A stretch of DNA of 64,000 nt from Octopus vulgaris. Lineage: Eukaryota. The DNA lies in NCBI GenBank assembly GCA_951406725.2, contig OX597823.1, forward strand, positions 73,346,001-73,410,000. The letters are read 5' to 3'. A program made the translations under genes and the position numbers. The notes under the pieces are model-generated. The model was given only the letters and a program-made list of their open reading frames with translations. It ran no database searches and was not told where the DNA came from. Positions 54,045 to 64,000 of this stretch are shown here, in pieces. Within the stretch, counting starts at the first letter, position 1; each line of letters begins with the position of its first letter.

Positions 54045-54446
54045 ACCATCAAGGGAGCTTATCAATCTATCAAGTACTGATAAAAGACTTAGAACAAATA
54101 CCGAAAGTTCTATAAATCTTTACTTTAATTGCCCTTTAGGGAAATTTATCATTTAGATCATTTTCCATCCTTTCTTTTAATTTTTGCTTGAATGTGTATA
54201 TGCATGTGGTGTGACTGTGTGTGTGTGTGTTTGTGTGTGTGTGTTTGTGTGTGCGTGTGTGTGTGTGTGTAATTGTGTGTGCGTGCGTGCCGTTGAGTTT
54301 AAGAGTGCGATAGTGTGTCATTTATGTATCAGATCATGCAACTGATTTATGTGAGTTAATGTATTTTATTTTTAGCGAAACTGTAAAGTTTATCAATAAT
54401 CAGAAAGACAATTCAACTTTATATATATACAAATATATATATATAC

Positions 54447-54511
<65 letters not shown>

Positions 54512-54523
54512 ATATATATATAC

Positions 54524-54596
<73 letters not shown>

Positions 54597-54695
54597 TATG
54601 TACTCACATATATTTCTGTGTATACATGTGTGTGTATGAACGCGTTCGTTTCCATATATACATATACGTATAAATGTATATATAAACGTACACCC

Positions 54696-54789
<94 letters not shown>

Positions 54790-56819
54790 TAACCCATAAT
54801 CATGATAAGGCTGGATATAAATACTGTTCGCCTGAATTATTTTCCTTTCACATTATGGTTGATAATCATGATATAGTGAATTGCTCATCTACTGAAACTA
54901 AAAATACATATTTTTCTGTATGCTTATCATTTGAAAATTATAAACCATTACAGTGCATGCATGACAGCACATTTTTGTTATAACACAATTATGGTAAACG
55001 CTTATAATGTGAGAGCAAAATAACGAGCAAGATATATGCGACCTATAAAGTATGCAACGTTCACTATAAGCCATATGGTATATCATACACGAATTGTCAA
55101 ATGGGTAAGAATAGCGTGGCAATTATCCGAAATGTTACATATATCTACACTCATTATATTTATGTCTCTATTTGCCAAAGTACAACACATCCATTTTCAG
55201 GCAAATATTAGCATGATCTATATATATCAATAGTTATCCCCTCTTTTCCTTTCTTCTTCTTTTTTTTTTTTTATAGGAACGATCGTAAGTACCGAAATAC
55301 ATTGCAATACTCCACACGCAAAACTAATATATATAGAATAAGATGGATAGCCATTCGGAAAACATGTCACTTTTCTTACAGGATCATAGCAACTAGAAAC
55401 AGTATGAAAATTTAAAACCAGCATATCTTATTTATTATTTGCTTGTACACCGGCGTATTTCCAAAACACGAAATTTATCAACATTTAATAAGATATATGT
55501 TTGTGTTATTGTTTCAGCTACATGTGACTGCGCTTTAGAAAAAGCAGAATGAAACACGATAACATTGATAGATATAGGGAAAAGAAAGATAGCACGAAAG
55601 GAAATCATTGAGAAAGAATCTAAATCACAAGCTTAGAGAATCATCAGGAGAGTTACATACTGGGTGATATCACAATGTTTCCAGAGTACAGATGATGAGC
55701 AACGGGGATGTTTGTGTAGCTGATTATCGTTCGTACACAGCTTCCTAAATCACCCTAAAGATAGGTTTCATGCAAACTTAATCGTGAACAATTGCTTCGT
55801 GCGATTTCGTGGTGTTGTTTTAGAACATCTCTGCAAATTTTACAAAGGCTGACAAATTTGAGCAATGTAACTGACTTAGATAATTGAGATGATAGCATGA
55901 ACGAACCTATTTTAGAGCGACTGTATGATGGATACTGTCTTGTAGCTGGCTTCAGCAGGCTGGCATCAGCCGTGTATGCATCTTCGTTGAACAATAAATC
56001 GCTGAAGGTGCAACCGGAAATATGCTAACACATCATAGATATACAGGAACATTCAAATAAAATGTGGTTGTATTCATACAAATTAAGCGGCCATTTAGAG
56101 TAGCAGATAATTTGCAAGCCAAGTTTGTGGCACAATTACTGTCGTAAGTTCATGTCAATTAACTAATATTTTATTCAAAGCAGATAAGTGAAGCGCCAAA
56201 CAAGATTTTTTTAACGGGTATTGATTCACTCACCTACTCTCTATCACTACAAAACTTAATCGTGTTAAAAGAAACATTTAACAAATTAATTTATTTGTAA
56301 CCATTTCCTTTCAATGATATGCTTGAATGTCATGCAAGTTACATGTATGATTTTCTGCATAATTATTACATCAAATTTAAATTTCCATTTCTTTTATTAA
56401 ATCACTAAATGTGTTGAAAAGGCATGAGCTTCACTTATTCGCCTCCCATTAATAAATGTACTGAAATTTCTCGGTTTAAGAAACGAGACATTCAGCTAAA
56501 AAATTTTCTATGATTATTTTTTTTAGGTTCCGATTTCTTTGTATGCCTTAATGGTTTTTCATTTACATTCCTGGTGCGAAGCAACTGAATTTCCAGTTCA
56601 TTGATATTTGTTTAATACTTTTACTCCTCTTCCCAATCTTTACCACGTTTATTTGTCTCTATAATTTTTCTACGCTTTATTTGTCTTTCTCTATATTTTT
56701 TCTCGCCTTCCCTATATTCCAATTTTTTTTCTGGTTTCCTTAGTATTTTTATTTGTTTTTTTTTCCAATATTCCTATTCTTCCTTTTACACATTTATTTT
56801 ATTTTATTTTTATCTGTCT

Positions 56820-56862
56820 CTTTCTTCTTTTTCTTCTTCTTCTTCTTCTTCTTCTTCTTCTT

Positions 56863-56957
<95 letters not shown>

Positions 56958-57067
56958 TACTACTACTACTATTATTATTATTGTTGTTGTTGTTATTGTT
57001 ATTATTATTATTATCTTTATTATTATTATTGTTGTTGTTGTTGTTATTGTTGTTGTTGTTGTTATTG

Positions 57068-57128
<61 letters not shown>

Positions 57129-57140
57129 CATTATTATTAT
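56820..57140. repeat. Compound trinucleotide microsatellite (TTC/TTA/CTA/TTG)
   Basis: Direct reading; similar compound tracts at 3690-3985, 8315-8437, 47990-48233, 62740-63200. Confidence 0.95.
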
Positions 57141-58334
57141 CTTTTTCTTCTACTTTTTCTTCTCCAACTTCTCCATAATTTTTTCCAACATTTCACACTT
57201 TTTCAGTCTCTTTTCATTGATTCTTAATATTCTATTATCTTCTGATCTTCTTCAGTTTTCTAGATGAGTCTTATTTTTTTCTATTCTATTTCTTCCATTT
57301 TCACTTCATCTCCATTTTTTTTTCATTTCAGCAACTTATGCTTGTCCCTCAACTTTGTCCCCGCTCCATCTTCTTCCCCTTCACAGCTTCCTCCTTCCTC
57401 AATTTTTCATGAATCATCTTACTCATTTTTCTTCGTTGAGTTTTTGTCTCCTGTTTGTTCTACTTTTCATTGTTCTCGTTTTCCTCTTTAATATTTCAGT
57501 CGTTCTCTGTCTCTTCCCCATTAACTACAATACGTTATTCCTCTCATCCTTGTTCCATCCACCAGTTCACATTCACACCTCTAGTTTTTTTTCTAAATCC
57601 GCTTTTCTTACACATCTCAAGTTTTCTACACATTTTCTTCGCCCACTAATTCTTTAATCTTTCACTTCATCCTTAGCCTCTTATTTTTTTCTTCGTTTCT
57701 TGTTCAATTTCATTTACTTCGATTTTGTTCGCTTTTTTCGCTTCAGTTTTTCATCTTTCTTCTTCGTTCCACTTTCTGCTCATCTCTAGCATCTTCCCTT
57801 TTTTGTCCTTTTAACTGTTATTCAAGCATCGTTGAATTTCAGAAATACTACTCAAATCGAGCAAATGCTATAAATTTTTAGTTTTGTTCCAAGCCCTGGT
57901 GTTGTCATTTCAGATCTTGCTAAAGATAATTTTGTCTTTCAACGATATCGGATTCAATTTACTAACTCTTAACGATAATTTACTCATGTTAATTCAATTG
58001 GCCATATTCTTATAAACACATCCAGCCTAAATGTGGCCGCTCGACCAGCAAGAAATAGCAACCAAATCCTCTTCAATTCAAACCCTATTGTTTCATAAAA
58101 ACACTGAATTTCTAATCCTAGATCCACTATGTTATTATAAAAGACACGATGGCCACAACTAAGATGCAATTGATTCTAAATCTATTTAAACTGGATGGAT
58201 ATGAATTTTGTTTTTACACAGTAACACATTTTCACTGGGTTACTATGTCAAAAAGGGGTCTTTCTCAGCTTTTTCTTTTCCTCCTCTTCCTACACCTTCT
58301 CACTCTTCTCACTCCTTTATGTATTTTCTTTATT

Positions 58335-58601
58335 CTTTTCTTTTATTTGTTTCAGTCATTTGACTGCGGCCATGTTGGAGCACCACCTTTTGTCGAGCAA
58401 ATCGATCCCAGGACTTATTTTTTGTAAGCCTAGTACTTATTCTATCGATCTCATACACACACATATATATATGTGTGTGTATGTATATACATATATATAT
58501 ATATATATACGACAGACTTCTTTCAGTTTCCATCTACCAAATCCACTCAAGGCTTTGGTCGGCCCGAGGCTATAGTAGAAGACACTTGCCCAAGGTGCCA
58601 C
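58335..58601 (-). mobile_element. SINE family 2, partial
   Basis: tttcagtcatttgactgcggccatg...agacacttgcccaaggtgccacg. Confidence 0.8.
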
Positions 58602-59924
58602 GTATATTGATTTCTCCTCCATCTTTTTGCTTTTATGTTTTCTTTGTTCACTGCTTTCTTATGCCTGCAATGCTTTATCGCATTCTGTCATTATTTGACT
58701 CATACATCTTCAATTTATTTCTTCTCCTTCCTCATCATCTTCTATATTAGCGAGCTAGTACAATCGATAGCTCGAGGGAGAAAATACTTAGTGGCATTTC
58801 GTACGTCTGTACATTCTGAGTTCAAATGCCGGCGTGGTTGACTTTGTTTTTCATCCTTTCGAGATTGATTAAGTATGTACCAGCTGAACACTAGAATCCA
58901 TGTATTCAACTTAGCCCCTCTCCCGAAACCGCTTAGCTTACACCAAAATTCGAAACCCTTATGATAATTATTATTGGTTTTAGTATTAACATTATTATTG
59001 ATTTGACTCAGGTTCGTTCTTGATAGAATTTTTGAGGGTAGTGCCTTACTATCTGTATCCACAAATTTTCAATAGGCTTTCAAGTGCTTAAAACTCTCCT
59101 TATAATCTTTCCTGTCCCTAAGAGGCAAACATTTTGTAGAAGCTCTACATGACATTCTATCCCAGTCTCCGTCAACCATTTGTCTATTCTTGCTCACAGT
59201 TTCCACTGCAACAAATATTAAAGTCACAACCTCCTTTACAGTTTTCATACTACAAATATTTGCAATCTGAAATTTTGAGGGATTGTATTAATATAGTTGT
59301 TCTTGTCACTGCTGCTGCTGCTGCTGTTGTTGTTGTTGTGGTAATGAAAGTAAATAGAAATCTATGCCAGACCTATGCTTTAAAATAACTTTTAACCAGA
59401 TAATCTTATGATATTCTTTCAACTTTTTTTACAAACAGGGATTTTTTCATATTGTTTATGGATCCACCTAATTACACAGATAGAAGAAATGTTTGTTTTG
59501 AGACATTGTAAATGTTTTTCATACTTTGACAAATATTCACTTGCAGTGCATACTCGCCTTGCAAGGTAGCTACTTTTTCAATAGCAGAAAAAGTTATCCG
59601 TCAAGCGGAGGTAGCAGTAATATCAATTCCGTTAACAAGAAACACATCTAAATAAAACTGATTTTAAAATCCTATTAGAAAAAAAACTATAGACAGCTCC
59701 AAGCTTAAACGCTTATGATTATAAAGTGGGAAAGAGAGAAAAGAATAATATTGAAAACATTCATTTGAAAAGATAAAAAACATTAAGAACAGCAGCAAAA
59801 ATACAAACAACATCATTCTATATTTTGCAAACGTTCAACGTTAAGAAGGCTGCTCTTCTTCAGGGTGTATGTAGAGACATATTTTTTTCTTTATGAAGCT
59901 AAAACTAAATACTATGAACAGTGT

Positions 59925-60200
59925 ATTTCAAGATCACCTTGGTGGTATATATACTAGATTCTTCATGATGGTTTAACCACGGTTGTTTACGCAAAGTACC
60001 TCACCTGATCACTGCCAGTGCTGAAAACCAGCCATATCTGATAATAGTTTGGAGAATTCTTCACCCTAATAGATAACGAATTTAGATAATGAAGCCAACT
60101 CAACCATGGTATTGACAAAGCCGCATAACAGGGAACTGAGGAACTACCAAAGGTAATGGTGTATAATTATTTTGGGCGTAGCGCCGCGTAATGCATCTCG
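59925..60200 (+). pseudogene. Possible very old RTE-type LINE 3' remnant
   Basis: LGGIYTRF, DHCQ, AISD and EELPKVM fragments resemble the LDGxYTRM / GHC / ELxxxM motifs. Confidence 0.3.
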
Positions 60201-61615
60201 ATTGTTAGCACTTAAAGATCATAACAAACGAATTTAATTGAGATTGCTCAAGGAAAAGAATAGCTATTGTACGTGTGTCTACTTGTTCGTCAAATTCATT
60301 CACGAAAGAAGAAAGAGAGAGTCTCTGTTTACTAAAACTGAAATCGGCTTCCGTATGTCCTGAAATGAAGATTTGGAGGACATCCTAGTCGATGTCGGAG
60401 AATATGTGTTGCATAGACCGGAACAACAAATATGGAAAGATGTTCCTATAACCAAGTGTGAAGTTAGACAGAGTTGGTGCTTTGCAACCGGCTTGCAGGC
60501 GAGTGGGTGCTCCAGTATATGTATCTCAAAAACACGAAATATCGGTATGAAGGATGCCATCACCTTTTCCACATATGTACAGACATGCAGCGAGTGTAGA
60601 GGAGTCAAGCATTATGTGATCGGACGTGGGCTGTATGGGGCTGAAAAATCTAACTTACTACGAATAAAAGGCCAACCTCAAGTTGTCTCCCACTAAGGGA
60701 GCAGAATAAATTCAAGTCGATTGATCCACTTACAGTAGATCTACCTACCACATGCGTAGTAATAAAATCCACTTAAGGGTCTTCTGTCCATGAGAGGAAG
60801 AGAAAAGGTAAACAGATTGTGGCAGTCAACAACGAAGATAGTAGCAGCGACAGCATCTACTGTTGCAATATTCCCATCAAAACTTCTACAAAGTGCATGC
60901 ATAACACGCTCTATATAGTTATTTAGGACATAAAAGAAAGTCTCTGTATAACGGTTAGCTTCCTTGCAAATGCGAATATTTCTTGGAAACCTGAGATTTG
61001 TCTAACCTAAATATAAATTCAAATTTACAATGTAAAAATAATCAATGGTGCACTTCATTAGGTTACTAAATATCCCAGTGACAATCTGAAAAGTTTATCT
61101 TCAACAAAGTTAGAGCCCAGTTAACATGTACTTTACAGAGATATACATGAAAACGCGATTCACTGATTTTTGTCCAGATTTCGTTCAGTTTTTAATATCT
61201 TACGTGTATGCGTGTGTGTGTGTGTGTGTATGTATGTGTGTGTGCGTGTGAGTGCGCGCATAGGTGTGTGTTCACAGGGGCGAGGTATAAAGCAAGTGAG
61301 AGGGAATTTTTTTCTTTTTTATCAACTTACTCTTCCTCCACCAATGATTATCGGAATTAATAGCGCGTTGCAATATAATTCATACCGTACTTATTTTTTA
61401 CTCTTCATATTCAGAGATCAAATCCCGCTGTTAACTTTGTCAAAGTTGTTTTTATTGCTTCGGTAGCTTCTAGACGTATTGTATTTGCCTATCTATTGCT
61501 TGTTGATTGTTTTTTTTTTTTGTATATATGTTATCATGCCAGAAACTTATTGATCCTGATCATGCAATGTTGTTTACATTGTAGTTATTGCTGCTGCTGC
61601 CGCCGTACTTGATAT

Positions 61616-62058
61616 TCTTTTCTATTCTAGGCACAAGGCCCGAAATTTTGAGGGAGGGTGCCAGTCGATTAGATCGACCTCAGTACGCAACTGGTACTTA
61701 ATTTATCGAACCCGAAAGGATGAAGTCGACCCGAAAGGCAAAGTCGACCTCGGCGGAGTTTGAAATCAGAACGTAGCGGCAGACGAAATACCTATTTCTT
61801 TACTACCCACAAGGACAGACAAACGGATTAAGTCGATTATATCGACCCCAGCCCGAAAGAATAAAAGGCAAAGTCGACCTCGGCGGAATTTGAACTCAGA
61901 ACGTAGCGGCAGACGAAATACCGCTAAGCATTCCGCCCGGCGTGCTAACGATTCTGCCAGCTCGCCGCCTTAAAATATTCTTTTCTACTCTAGGCACAAA
62001 GTCCGACATTTTGGAGGAAGAGCCAGTCGATTAGATCGACCTCAGTATGCAACTGGTA
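61616..62058 (-). mobile_element. Nested SINE family 1 cluster with a Tx1-tailed copy (61793-61972)
   Basis: Minus strand head...gtccttgtgggtagtaaagaaata|ggtatttcgtctgccgctacg..., then a normal tail; a further tail fragment at 61975-62058. Confidence 0.85.
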
Positions 62059-63549
62059 TGCCGTTCCTGATATTGCTCATGTTGTCGATGCTTCCATTGT
62101 CGTTGCTCTTGTGTTCAGCCATGTTGCGTTTAGCAATGACGTTGATGAAGATGATTCTTTCGAACAACGTAGTAAGACGTTGATGGAAGCCACTCCATGA
62201 TTAACCAACCTACAAAGAATACCAGACGAATGTTTCCCAAGTCACTCCTGATCCTTTTCATATTTTTTTTTCTTTTTTTTAAACGAAGTAAATGTTGAAT
62301 AATGTAGCCAGAAATAAACTCCCAGAAAATACTGCATTATCGTAGCTAGAACAGCTTTGGTGTTAGATCTAATTGATTAAAGCTAAGCAGGGTCTCAGCC
62401 ACAACAACAACAACCACAAAAATCAAAAATATCAACGCTAACGACATGATACTTCCATGAAATATTGAGGCCTGACAAACTTGAAATATTGTCATATGTA
62501 TGTTTTAATATCTTCCAATAATTTCGTTGTTTACGTCAGTGTCTTTTGTACTGTTCTTTATTCCCATGTCACCGTCACATTTTTTCGTATTTTCCTTTCT
62601 TTATTTTTGAACTGTTTCTATTCTTAAGTAGAAACTCCCTCTCTCTGTCATTACGAAGTAAGAGTGGTCTTCTTGTACTTTTTTTGATTGAGTTATGGTC
62701 GATGATGAAGATGATATTTGGTTGCTAGTAAGGTTCTGCTGTTATTGTTGTTGTTATTGTTGTTGTTGTTGTCTTTATTGTTGCTGTTGTGGTCGTTATT
62801 GTTGCTGTTGTCGTTATTGTTGCTACATTTGTTGTGGCTGAAGTTATTGCTATTACAGTTGCTGTTATTAATACCATTGTTTTTACGATTCTTGTCGTTG
62901 CCCCGTTGTTGTTGTTGCTGTTGTTGTTGTTGCTGTTGTTGCTGTTGTTGTTGTTGTTGTTTCTGTTGTTGTTGTTATCGTTGTTGCTGCTGCTGCTGCT
63001 GCTACTAATGATAATGATGATGGTAGTGGTGGTGGTGGTGGTGGTGGTGGTTGTGGTGGTGGTGGTGGTGGTGTTGGTGGTGGTGGTAGTGGTAGTGGTA
63101 GTAGTAGTGGTGGTGATATTGGTAGTGGTGGTGGTGGCGGTGGTGATGATAATAGTGGTGACATCCTTGTTATTGCTGCTGCTGCTGCCGGTATTGTTGT
63201 TTGCACTTTTGTAGTTGCTTTTTGAAAACTCTGTCTAATACATTTTACTTCGTTGCAGCAGAATTTTTGTGTAAGTATGCCACAGCGACACATACATACA
63301 GACTCATGCACACACACACACACACACGCCCGCACACACACACACACACACACACACGCCCACACGCACACACACACACACACACAAACACACGCCCGCA
63401 CACACACACACACACACATACACGCACGGAGGTTAACTTTGTGTGGGTGTGCTGAATATTTTGCAGCAATATCCAGTGTAGAGTTTGTATATGTGTCTCT
63501 TGTACAAACGTAATATATATGTGTTTATTATGTATGCATGAGAGAGAGT

Positions 63550-63595
<46 letters not shown>

Positions 63596-63874
63596 GGCAG
63601 AGACAGATAGACAGGCATACATAAAGAGTGTTCGTGTGCTTTTATAGTCAAAGTAACTCAAATGGATGCGGAATGGATGAAATGACATTCAGTTTTAGCT
63701 TCTACATTTTAAAACGTGAGTTGTGATCTCGACAAGATCAGGTATGCTTTCCCATTTTCATGAGTCAAAAACAATATGTATCAGTCAAGCAGCAGAGACT
63801 GTTGTACCAGAGAGCACTGGGGTAACAACAACAACAACAATAACAACAACACCATCAACAAAAACAACAACAAC

Positions 63875-63930
<56 letters not shown>

Positions 63931-63932
<2 letters not shown>

Positions 63933-64000
63933 GTACATAACAAAACCACCAGGACTTACAAACACATATAACATACAGAAAATTGCACTACTAGGCACTG
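63931..64000 (+). mobile_element. Extremely 5'-truncated Dong-like LINE starting in (TAA)n, running off the window
   Basis: KYITKPPGLTNTYNIQKIALLGT, nearly identical to the 46206-46895 copy. Confidence 0.9.

Noticed and set aside
59835-59868. Minus-strand CTGAAGA-agag...cttc as a hammerhead
   Set aside because: No GAAA-stem III-UH continuation.
60373-60696. 107-aa ORF as a gene
   Set aside because: Non-ATG start, no recognisable domain or splice context; it lies next to LINE remnants.

Overview
AT-rich, microsatellite-saturated eukaryotic non-coding DNA; the SINE and LINE repertoire suggests an Octopus-type cephalopod genome (inference). No host protein-coding gene can be supported, and most predicted ORFs are translated simple repeats. 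The window is a mosaic of mobile DNA: three tRNA-derived SINE families, decayed mariner (DD34D) and maT-like (DD37D) transposons, non-autonomous Helitrons, a young 5'-truncated Tx1-like LINE inside (GATA)n, R4/Dong-like LINE pieces in (TAA)n, RTE remnants, and Penelope-like fold-back elements with minimal hammerhead-ribozyme motifs. Most notable: (1) a 6.2-kb head-to-tail array of three composite, cargo-carrying Helitron units with CTAG|TC junctions; (2) a SINE subfamily whose 3' tail matches the Tx1 LINE 3' end, has no poly(A), and in two of three copies sits inside another SINE head; (3) a ~545-bp non-coding element anchored in (TAA)n like the Dong LINEs; (4) several unrelated hairpin elements with hammerhead cores. 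There is one 100-N assembly gap at 35982-36081. All alignments and folds were read by eye.
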